64,000 nucleotides of DNA from Cyanidioschyzon merolae (taxonomy: Eukaryota). Below the pieces are notes generated by a model that worked only from the letters and a program-made list of their open reading frames with translations, was not told the DNA's origin and ran no database searches. A program made the translations under genes and the position numbers. Below are positions 32,980 through 42,632 of this stretch, piece by piece (position 1 is the first letter of the stretch; each line of letters opens with the position of its first letter). The DNA is taken from NCBI GenBank assembly GCA_000091205.1, contig AP006500.2. One strand, 5' to 3'.

Positions 32980-33942
32980 CTATCGCCGGCCGTGCCATGA
33001 GCGTTTTCGAAAGTTGATAAACCAGTTAGATACTTGTTTCACAGACACACCAGTCTGGGCACTCAACTGAACCTTCACCGCGTCACTTGGGTACGGGTGA
33101 TCCCAGTGCGCTCTGGCCCAGGCTTCGAATACAGCAACGGCATGCTTCGGAAGCGGGGTTCTTCGGCGCGAGCTCGCCCGAGCAGGTTCTTGCGAGAGCG
33201 CTGCTCTCAGCGGAGTCGTTTGATCACCGGATATCGAACGATTCGCATAAGCGTCTCGTCTCAGTATATGTGTGGTCGGAGTCGGTCGTCCCGAGGCAGG
33301 GCACGCACATGTCGATGACGGGCATGCCGTGCTCCGATGCACTCCAGCGGCACGCGGAGATTCCCAGCAAGGAACGCCTTCGTGGAGCACACTGGTGCCC
33401 GCACAGATACGTAGGCGCTCGATCGGCAATGCCCTGGGCAGTGGTGTCGTTTCCGCAGTCCCGAGGCGCCCAGTCGAGCGTCCGTCGAAACCGTTGCGAC
33501 TGGGCTCGACCGCAGAGCTTGAAGCTGCGCCCGCCGAGAAGCATGGACGCAGTCGGCCGCGTTGAATGGAGACAACATCAGCCTCATGGGCGGAGTGTTT
33601 GCATTCGGTGAGGTTCTGGCCTGCAAGTGCCGACTCCCCAGCTTCGTAACAGATCACATCGCGCTGAAAGTCATCCGAGTTTGCTGACCCGGGCGCAGAG
33701 CACAATGCTCGCTCACCAAGAAACAGGAGCGCAGCCTCGACATGAGCGTCGCCGTCATCGTCGAATGCACCACCTGTTCCCGCGTGCTCGACATGGCTCG
33801 GCGCTTGCCAGTCACAGACCTCGCTTTCTCTGGACGAAAAACGCAGACCGGGCTGCGCTGGAGCAGATGTTACAGATCCTGCTACTTGATTCGAATCCCA
33901 TTTCCGCGGTATGTCTTCCGACTTTCTCGTCTTGTAGGTCAT
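32980..33942 (-). CDS. TALE-class homeobox transcription factor (KNOX/BELL-like)
   Basis: LPKHAVAVFEAWARAHWDHPYPSDAVKVQLSAQTGVSVKQVSNWFINFRKRSW. Classic TALE homeodomain with P-Y-P loop extension and WFINxR helix 3. Track start 34035 is GTG; first ATG is 33942. Confidence 0.75.
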   Translation of the reverse strand: MTYKTRKSEDIPRKWDSNQVAGSVTSAPAQPGLRFSSRESEVCDWQAPSHVEHAGTGGAFDDDGDAHVEAALLFLGERALCSAPGSANSDDFQRDVICYEAGESALAGQNLTECKHSAHEADVVSIQRGRLRPCFSAGAASSSAVEPSRNGFDGRSTGRLGTAETTPLPRALPIERLRICAGTSVLHEGVPCWESPRAAGVHRSTACPSSTCACPASGRPTPTTHILRRDAYANRSISGDQTTPLRAALSQEPARASSRRRTPLPKHAVAVFEAWARAHWDHPYPSDAVKVQLSAQTGVSVKQVSNWFINFRKRSWHGRR

Positions 33943-34454
33943 GAGGGTTTCGCTTGACCAGCGCTTGACGGCAGCAGTCAAGTTGACTACTGAGTTGACC
34001 ACTCCGTCTGCGGGTGAGCGCTGTCGACCATGCACTAACCACCACCATCATCATCATCATGATCATAATTGCTCTGGGATGACGTCGTTTTCATGATGAC
34101 CAGTTCACAACCCTTGCCCGAATCCCTTCTCCTGCTCGCAGCGGCTACCAGGGCATACCCCCAGCGGCATCCACACAGCCGCTGCAGCAGGCGCTCCAGC
34201 TGATCCGCGCGACCCGCGTACGGAGGGCGCCAAGCGCGCGTGCATGACGACCGTTCCGCGGGCCACGCTGACGGGCGCGATCGATGCGCCGCGGCGATCG
34301 GACGCGAACGCTATAGGCGAGTGGAATATTCATCCATAATTGTTCTATAATGTTCTAGTTTCTTGATTGGCGAATCACGCCCTGGAGCGCGGACGCTGCA
34401 CTGCGGATGATGCCGCTTGCCGCACCAGCGTGCGCTGCAGGCTCCTATCCGAGG

Positions 34455-34479
34455 TGTGCGTGCGTGCGTGCGTGCGTGC
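34455..34479. repeat. (TGCG)~6 tetranucleotide microsatellite
   Basis: Direct reading: gtgtgcgtgcgtgcgtgcgtgcgtgcc. Confidence 0.8.
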
Positions 34480-35175
34480 CTATATACAGGGACACGTGTC
34501 CCGTAGAGGCATACGTGTCCGAATGGCGATTCTTCGAAGCGTCACGCATGCGGCAATAGCGGGTGCGTTTCGCCTCTGAGAACGTTCCGCTACGTCTCCC
34601 AGCGTACTTGTCAGTGCAGCGTATACCTCGTGCGTCTTCGATATTCAGAACTGCACGCATACGCATGCGTCGTCGTGCGCACAGAACCTGCACGTCGACG
34701 GAAACAAAATGCATAGGATGGAATGCCCTGCTCACGGTCGCTTTGATGGGCTGTCTTCGGGCCACCAGGCGTCATCAGCAGCAGAGCGATCTCATGGTCA
34801 TCGGGCGGGTGCTGTAGGCATGCACTCGAGCAACCAGTACTGACCTGGTACCCGCGATTGCCAGTCTCCCGAGCATCTGCAAGCGCATTATACTACACGT
34901 GTCCTGGTCTGCGATCTGCGCAGGTCGGGCCCCGGGTCCCAGAGCACGAGGTCGTGAGATCAATGCACTCGCTCACGGAAGCTTCAGAAAATGATGGATA
35001 GCGGCTTGAACATGTTTGGGGAAACCGCGCGAAACAGCAAGAGATGCCCGGCGAGCACATATACGCAGAACTGGACGAGAGCATTCCTGATTCGCAAGGG
35101 CATCCCTAGGGGTGCGCGCACACCGTCCCGTACCACGCGCTGGGGCTTGCCGGTCTCGAGGACGCATCCTGCCCG

Positions 35176-37116
35176 CTAGACCTCTGAGCTGGGGTTCGTT
35201 GTCGTTGACGTTGCAGGGCACGCAACTGTACGAGCGGACTCCAATTGTCTTGCAAGCTCTTCTAGCTGCTCATGAAAGATGCCCTTCATATCAGCGATAT
35301 CTTCGCGCAGTTCCTGGACGAGCTCCTCTTTCTCCCCGAGCAGCTCGAGAAGGGCCTGCTCGCGTTCATGCATCCGCCGGATTTCATCGTCCAGACGCTT
35401 CACTTGGGCAGCCTGTGATTCAAGTTTCTCGTTAAGTTGTGCCATCTCGCTCGTCAAGTTCTGAATAATGTCTTCGCGTCGCATAAGTTCCGTTTGGAGA
35501 CTGCGAATCACATTCGCGCGGTGACGCAGGTGCGACTGAACTTCCGTCCACTGCACGAGGTTTGGTAGCGAGCCCGAAAGCAGCAACTCTCCAGCACTTA
35601 CTGAAGAGCCAGGCGTACTGTGCCTTTCGTCCACTGCGTCCTCGGGCGCGGAAACGTTGTCAAGTGTTTCCCCTGCCACCAACGAGGCCGTTGGTGTGTC
35701 GCGAACTGTCTGCACTGCCGACGCTTCACCAGGTTGCATTTGCGATGCTGTCGGAACGGCTTCGCAGAGAGAGGGCGTCGTCATCAGCTGCCTGCGTTCG
35801 ATTTGAAGCCTTCTCCGCAAGCCGCCCAAAGCGTGGGCGGTTTCTCGTGCCTCAGACTCATAAGCACGCTGAAGCCGCAACCAGTCTTCTCGAAAAGTGA
35901 AGAGGGTCCTGCGTAGCTGAGCGCAACACGTGCGGATCTGGCTGAGCACTTTTGCCGCAGCGACGCGCTGTTCGCGTAGCGTCGACCCCAAGGCGACAAA
36001 GTCACGGAGTTTCCATTCGAGCTCGCGTGCACGTGTGTCGAGTCGCGTATGCTCTTCGAGTAATGCCGCTCGGGCTACATTTGCTGCCTCCAGTTCTGCT
36101 CGGATCTGGAGAACCTGCTGTTCGAGCCGCTCTTGGATGGTCGCTTCGCCGGCACTACGCTGACGGAGTTGTTCGTGCAGTACCTGAATTTGTCGCATGA
36201 GTGGTTTCGTCGCCTCGGAGACGCTCCTGGAGAGCTCTTCATTCTGTTGTTCCAACTCAGACACATGCGCACGAGCTTGTGCGACTTCCTCGCGCCACTG
36301 ACGCTCTCGCCGCCCCTGTTCCTGCTGTGTTCGCTCGAGGAGAGCCTTCACATGTTCGAGCTGGGACTGCAGAACTTCGAGCCGATCCCTGTACTCACTC
36401 TTGGCTATTTCAAGCTGTTCCTGCGCTTTCATGGCCAGACGCCTAGTCAGGCTTCGCAGCTCGGCCTCGTGTTCGTCGCGGAGCTCGTGAAGTCTAGTCT
36501 CTAGCGTCTGCAGCTCAGACCGCTGGACGTGTTCCTGCTCGCAATGCTTTCGTTGCTCTTCTGCTTGTTTCAACTGCGCCAGTTGTGCCTGGAGACGAGC
36601 CTGGCATTCCTGAACGCGCTCTTCCTCCTTTCGCAGCTGGAGTGCAGTGCTATTCGCTCGGCTACGCTCCGAGTCGACAAGACGTTCGAGTTCACGTATA
36701 CGTTTTCTCTGGGCTTGTACTTGCTGATCTCGTTCGTAAACGAGCTTGGATAGACGCTGCGCTTCCTGATATAGCTCCTGTGCGTTCTCTGCGGCCTCCA
36801 AAGAAGGGCGTGGACTCGGGAGCCGCCCCGGTCCGACCTGCGAACCGTAGCTGCCCGCTCCAGAGTCACGCTCCTTTGCATCAGTTCGCGGACTGTGGCC
36901 TTCTTCAGCACCGGTCGCAGCAAGAACGTGCGCTCTTGAAGCATCATCGGTCTCGCTGCGCAGCGTTTTCGAGTCGAACGAAGCGCCAGAATCCTGCTCA
37001 TGGGACGCTTCCGGTGAACGTCCACGCACCTCTGCGGTTGCAGACAACGCGGGTTCCGTTATCTCGGGCGCAGCAACGTCTTCCCATTCCTCCTCGTCAG
37101 CAACTGCTCGTCGCAT
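35176..37116 (-). CDS. long coiled-coil protein (golgin/TMF-like), acidic N-terminus
   Basis: About 450 aa of heptad-rich sequence with a strong E/Q/R/L bias (RIRELERLVDSERSRANSTALQLRKEEERVQECQARLQAQLAQLKQAEEQRK...) and a C-terminal coiled coil. Track start 37149 is TTG; first ATG is 37116. Confidence 0.6.
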   Translation of the reverse strand: MRRAVADEEEWEDVAAPEITEPALSATAEVRGRSPEASHEQDSGASFDSKTLRSETDDASRAHVLAATGAEEGHSPRTDAKERDSGAGSYGSQVGPGRLPSPRPSLEAAENAQELYQEAQRLSKLVYERDQQVQAQRKRIRELERLVDSERSRANSTALQLRKEEERVQECQARLQAQLAQLKQAEEQRKHCEQEHVQRSELQTLETRLHELRDEHEAELRSLTRRLAMKAQEQLEIAKSEYRDRLEVLQSQLEHVKALLERTQQEQGRRERQWREEVAQARAHVSELEQQNEELSRSVSEATKPLMRQIQVLHEQLRQRSAGEATIQERLEQQVLQIRAELEAANVARAALLEEHTRLDTRARELEWKLRDFVALGSTLREQRVAAAKVLSQIRTCCAQLRRTLFTFREDWLRLQRAYESEARETAHALGGLRRRLQIERRQLMTTPSLCEAVPTASQMQPGEASAVQTVRDTPTASLVAGETLDNVSAPEDAVDERHSTPGSSVSAGELLLSGSLPNLVQWTEVQSHLRHRANVIRSLQTELMRREDIIQNLTSEMAQLNEKLESQAAQVKRLDDEIRRMHEREQALLELLGEKEELVQELREDIADMKGIFHEQLEELARQLESARTVACPATSTTTNPSSEV

Positions 37117-38314
37117 CCAGCAGGTGGCCCAACGCTGAACTAGAACCAATAAACTCTATTTGCTTCCTCCGCGAAGACGCGAACCTGTAAAGTGCTATGT
37201 GAGGATGCCAGTGCGCACTGGCACTTGCAGACAGCAGCGGCAACAAGCGCTGCTTCTCCTGGTTCAGTTGACTCCCGAACGCGGTGCCATGTGCATAGTA
37301 CAGAGGTATCAAGGTTTGAGCCATCATGGTGAAGCTCAACGGGTCTTTTTAAAATACGACCTGAGCAAATCTTGATCGAAGAAAACTTGCCGAATATACG
37401 CAACCCGCATCAACACCGTATGCGTAGACACTCCGTGGTTACGGGTACACAAAATCAAGTCTCGGAAAAGTCATCGGAGCATTTTGAGGCGGTCTGCTGG
37501 GTACAAGTCGAGGCAGACGCAACCTGCATTGCCGAAGTTTGACACACACGAACCAAGAATGCTCGCAGCAGTTTGTACACATCGCTTTGCAGCGAACCAT
37601 ACCGAAGCAATGGAGCTTCATCTGGAATGATTTCGTCAGCGTCTGTTGCTTCCCGATTCACCAGCAGTGGCTTTGATGCGCTAAGCAGGAAGCCAGTGCA
37701 GAGGACGATTGTGCACCAGGTTGCTTTGGACCCAACAAGAGTCCAGCATGGCCCGCGCAGTACTTGAACTCGTACGCGCGGTTGCGCAAGCATACGATGC
37801 ACTTGTCTGCAACCTGAGGAGACCTGCCAGTGTACCCTGGTCTGCAGAGGCGCGTTCGCATGCATTAGTCTCAATGCGGAAAAGAACGAACGGACACTGT
37901 TCATGGCTCGCTTGTGGACCCGTGGCCACCCAGAGAAACGACGGGGAACGAAGGCAAGCTAAGCGGGTTCCTGAGGGAGAAGCTCTCGATTCGAACGCGA
38001 GGACGTATCAAGAATTTTGGTGATTATGTTCCCGAGCCTTAAAGCGCTCATGAGAATCGTCCTCTCCTCCGAAAAGGATCGGGTTTCCACGAAATGCTTC
38101 CCCGGCAGCGTCACTGAAATCCACGCACCAGCGTCAGCAGCGAACGCGAATAATGCCACACGAACAATCCAGGCATACGGAATCAGGCAACTCGGAAACG
38201 TGTCATTCACGGCCTCGGAGATGTGGTGCTACCAGGAGGCACAAGCACAGGCAGCAACCGGAATCGTTGCAGAAGCAACAATGCCGGTACTTGCAATCAT
38301 TCCAATAGGAGTGG

Positions 38315-39698
38315 CTGCGGCTGTGCCAGATTGAAATGCGAAACTGCATTGCTTGCTCGGTTCTTTTCCGTCGTTTTCTCGCCCAGCCTCATGCGGTGTA
38401 CATCCGCTACATTCGAAGCGGAGCAACAGCGGCTTACGAATGCACGCGTCGGTTCAGGATCCGGAGTCGTCTCGTCCGAGAGGCTCCTTGGACGCGTCAC
38501 CGTTGCATTTCCGCATGCCATCGGAATCGAGATAGCTCGCGATGCCGCTGGAAACCAATTCCAAAATTAACCGATACCATTCCCGAGTTCATACAATGAA
38601 GCTTCGAGCCTGCCCCTCTCGTTACGTTTAGCATGCTCAAATCACACACGCTCCAAGTATTCGATTTCTCTGTTTCAAGGTCGCTCGTGGGCGGAGCATG
38701 TGGCGCTCCGGCACCGACCACGAAAGAGAATCGGTGTCATCTGCTTGGCAGCTTGTTGACCAGCGTATACCGCAAATTCAGTCAACCTGTAACGTCAAAT
38801 GAGAGAGATCGAATGTGTTCGAAAGACAGGTTCTCGCTTTTCTGTGGTCGTCGTCTACGCGGGATTCTACAGTACCATGACGCCTCTGACAGCGTATGCT
38901 CCAGGATGCTCCAGTCGGTTGCGCTTGCCCGCAAGAGGGTTTCTGAGTCAGACCTGACTCATCTACGGGATCGCATCCAGTGGAGCGTGTAGCATCGCTT
39001 TGCATGAGGCGAGCGTTGTCGGACGGGAGTCTCTCGACCTGTTCCCTGGTCTGGCGTCGCCTTCGAGGCCTTGGTGCATCATGGAAAACATCGCGCTCCA
39101 CGAACCCGCTATCGAGTGGACCAGCGTGCGCTTCCACGCCCAGCAGACAGCGTCCTCGACGCTGGGAGCGCCCTGAGGAAGCCCCTGATCGTAGAGTACG
39201 GCACGAGACGCAGAGACGCGAGGCGGGTATCGAGGATAGCCTGCAGTGCCTGCCACGAGCGTGTACCGAGCGATGACGCAAGCGTTGACGCGCCACAGGG
39301 CAGCCTTCTCATGAAGACGTGTGGTCTGCATATCGTTAGACCTGAACGCAGCCACGTGTCGTCTCTGCGAAGGGCGTCTCCAGGTTGTCTGGCGAAAGGA
39401 TGAGAGTGGCAGGCGAAACGTCGATCACAACTTTTGCCAGTGCACGGCATGCGTTGACAACAATCGGCAGCTACGACACCGGGATTTGAACACCACCACC
39501 TATATCCATCGACTGCTATCGACGGAGCTGGCGGCAAAGGGGAGACCAGCGTGTTTACACCCGGAGATTCGAGGAAACACAGGGAAACATTCTTGGGGAA
39601 AGAGGCCACAAACGCTGGTGCGCATAAGAATAGGACGAAACGAAAACCTCGGTGCGTACGTCTTTATCAGTGGATCTGTTCTATCTGGTACTGGCGTG
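38315..39698. repeat. 1.38-kb direct repeat, copy B (see copy A at 20558-21941)
   Basis: See copy A. Constant 17757-nt offset and near-identical ORF translations. Confidence 0.85.
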
Positions 39699-40570
39699 AA
39701 CAGTGAAACAGAAAATGGTTCACAACCATGGACGGTAGATATATCCACTCACCCGCTGACGTCTCCCGGCCTTTTTGACCGACCCTCTGCTATCTGCTCC
39801 AGCTTTTCCTTCTACTCTTCGAGCCTGAGAGGCTGCCCCACAAACTTGTATCTCGTCAGCCCCGGGGGTCTCGTCTTCAGCACCACAAATCTCCTGGTAT
39901 TGATGACAGCGCTGAGGTCCTGGTACACGAATCCGATGCGTTTGCTGCCGCTGATAGAACTCATCAGTGCAAGAATTCCTCGAACTCGCGCACTCTGTTC
40001 CACTATAGTCTCATTGTCGTCCAGCCCAACAAACACCTTTTCCCGCCTATTTCCCTACTTATTCTTTTTCGTCCTCATTTGCCCCGTTTCGCTGGATGAT
40101 TGACGAGGAGCGGATCTTATTCGTTGTTTTCCAGCAGCCAGCGACACAGTGCATCCACGATCCCCGATTTAGGCATCAATACCTATCCCCTTGACTTTTT
40201 ATTTCTTCAACTGAACACACTGGGAACGCGTCTTCTATAACCCGAGAAAAGTCATTTTTAATGAAACGCATCTGGTAACGGAACACTATTGAAGTGAAAG
40301 TCTATACACCGATCGTCTGTCTGGACGGTGGCTCGCCACACCGATCGCACCAACACACGAGTGGCGCTTGCCGCTGCAAAACATACCATTGTTGCTCATT
40401 AGGAGTAGGTTCTAGAGCTTGCACTCCTTGTACGTCGATCATCATCTATACAGGCACAGGTAATACGTTTCCGAGCCAGTGACTTTCCCAGACAGAATCT
40501 GCTTTTGAACTAGCTTGCTGAACGTGTTTGATCGTGCGCTTTGGGAGCAGGTACTTGAGCTTCGACGCTC

Positions 40571-41380
40571 ATGTGGGGAAGTTTACGCCTCTTGTCGCGG
40601 ATCCGCGTCCGCAACGGTTTGCCAGAAGCGTCTACTGGCAGACCGCTGATCAACCTGAGGTGTCGTTCGATGCACAGCAGCCAGCGAGACAACCCTGCAA
40701 CGCAGACAGACGTCGCTGGGACCCAGCGCGCACTCAGTTCCGTTGCTGCTGCGGTAGCGGCGACGGCTGGGTCCGCCAATGCCAACATTCCGCTGCCTGA
40801 CTTGCCGTACGATTATGACGCTTTGGAGCCGGTCATCAGTGCAGAGATCATGCGTTTGCATCACACCAAACACCACCAGGGCTACGTGAAAAACCTGAAC
40901 AACGCACTGAACACGCTACACAGTACAGACCACGTTCCAACGCTCATTTCGCTGCAGCCTTCACTGGTATTCAACGGAGGGGGCCACCTCAATCACTCGA
41001 TCCTTTGGACGAATCTGGCTCCAGTCGGGAAGGGAGGCGGCGAGCTCCCGGATAAAGATTCACCCCTATTGAAAGCCATAGAGAGCGATTTTGGTAGCCT
41101 GAACAATTTCATGAGCTTGATGAACACTGCCGCAGCTGGGATTCAAGGTAGCGGTTGGGCCTGGCTCGCCCTGAATCGGAACCTGCGGCGACTGGACATC
41201 ATCACTCGGTCGAATCAGGATCCCGTCGTAGGGGCCTACACACCGCTCCTCGGTATTGATGTTTGGGAGCACGCCTATTATCTCCAGTACAAGAGCGATC
41301 GCGCAGCATATCTGAAGAACATCTGGCAGGTCATCCATTGGAAAGATGTCATGAAGCGTTACGAAGCTGCGATCGCATGA
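40571..41380 (+). CDS. SOD2: mitochondrial manganese superoxide dismutase (Fe/Mn-SOD family) with ~75-aa N-terminal presequence
   Basis: LPDLPYDYDALEPVISAEIMRLHHTKHHQGYV. FNGGGHLNHSILWTNLAP (MnSOD-type GGGH motif). DVWEHAYYLQYKSDRAAYLKNIWQVIHW. Arg-rich presequence MWGSLRLLSRIRVRNGL. ATG at 40571. Confidence 0.9.
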   Translation: MWGSLRLLSRIRVRNGLPEASTGRPLINLRCRSMHSSQRDNPATQTDVAGTQRALSSVAAAVAATAGSANANIPLPDLPYDYDALEPVISAEIMRLHHTKHHQGYVKNLNNALNTLHSTDHVPTLISLQPSLVFNGGGHLNHSILWTNLAPVGKGGGELPDKDSPLLKAIESDFGSLNNFMSLMNTAAAGIQGSGWAWLALNRNLRRLDIITRSNQDPVVGAYTPLLGIDVWEHAYYLQYKSDRAAYLKNIWQVIHWKDVMKRYEAAIA

Positions 41381-41397
41381 AGGGACCCCTCAGAGGC

Positions 41398-41466
41398 TCA
41401 GTCAGTCAGTCAGTCAGTCAGTCAGTCAGTCAGTCAGTCGGTCGATCGGTCGGTCGGTCGATCGGC
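41398..41466. repeat. (TCAG)10 followed by degenerate (TCGG/TCGA)n, starting 18 nt after the SOD stop codon
   Basis: Direct reading: tcagtcagtcag...tcggtcgatcggtcggtcggtcgatcgg. Confidence 0.9.
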
Positions 41467-42118
41467 CTCGATGCGATTGGGTTCGTGGGAAACCGCCTGC
41501 GCTCCGCATATCGGCAGCGGGATGATCGAGCGGCATTCTTCGGTAGCCGCGGTCGCTTCTGGTAGCCCGTGCATTTCGCCATGAGGGATGCGTCATTCGC
41601 CGTGAAGCGCCGGCTGGGCGACACTCGTCGATAAACGGATCGATTCTAGCCAGCTTTCCAAGAGTTTGCCGCGGAACGCAGACGACGGCATCGATATTCG
41701 TCCTCAATGAAATACCATTGTCTTGATGCCGTCCCCGAAGCGGCACGCTGGTAGACGATACAACGCAGACAACGCTGATATCCGAATAGAGCGTGAGGGT
41801 CTGCGGGTGCAACCCACGCAACCTGGACATCCCAAACCCGCCACTCGTGACGAGTCCTTCACGTGCGCCCGCTCAGCGCATTAGCTGGGAATCATGCGCT
41901 GGTGACAGGGAGATGCCAGACGCGCTCTGTCCGTTGTAGCTGACACCGCCAACGAAAACGAAACCGCCCACAGCACCCGTCATGCGCAAATGTATCGTGC
42001 TGAGGGCGTATGGCGGGCGTTGGGCTGTCCGCGAGACCCGAGTCCGCACTCCATCCGAATTCGTGCCCAGCAGGCACCGATGATCATGGTGTATGAGCGC
42101 GGATCAGCTGGCGTGCAT

Positions 42119-42290
42119 CGGGCAGGTCGATGCGCACCTTGCCCATTCTATCAGTGTCATCTAAGTGCAGAAATGTACTGTTTTATACAAGGTCTGCACA
42201 CCGGGCAGGTCGATGCGCGCCTTACCCTTTTTAGTGTCAATTAAATACATATATGTTCAGGTTTATACGACATCTGCGCATGAAGCCGTA
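42119..42290. repeat. AT-rich two-copy tandem repeat (~83-bp unit) between convergent genes
   Basis: cgggcaggtcgatgcgcaccttgccc...tatacaaggtctgcacac followed by cgggcaggtcgatgcgcgccttaccc...tatacgacatctgcgca. Confidence 0.6.
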
Positions 42291-42632
42291 GCGCCGCAGT
42301 CCTGCAGGCAACCGGCGGCGCGTCAGGCTCCATGCCTGGTATCGCACTGAGGTGGACGTTGCCGGACAGCGCGCGATGTGCACGGTATGATTCGTACCGC
42401 GCAGTGCAACGTTCGGATTTCCTTCAAGCCCGGCAACACACCAGAGCGTGACCGCGACGAGCGCGCTCACTCAACAGGTCAACTGCGGCGTCTGCAGTGC
42501 AACCGCTGCTGCATGCATCATGCAAGCATGTCGGCGTATGAGACGCAGTTCGGACGTAACCCTCGGAACGCCTTGAACCTCCGCACCATCACCGCTGCCT
42601 TGTGGCGTGTTCAGCCGCTGGCGGATGGTCGT

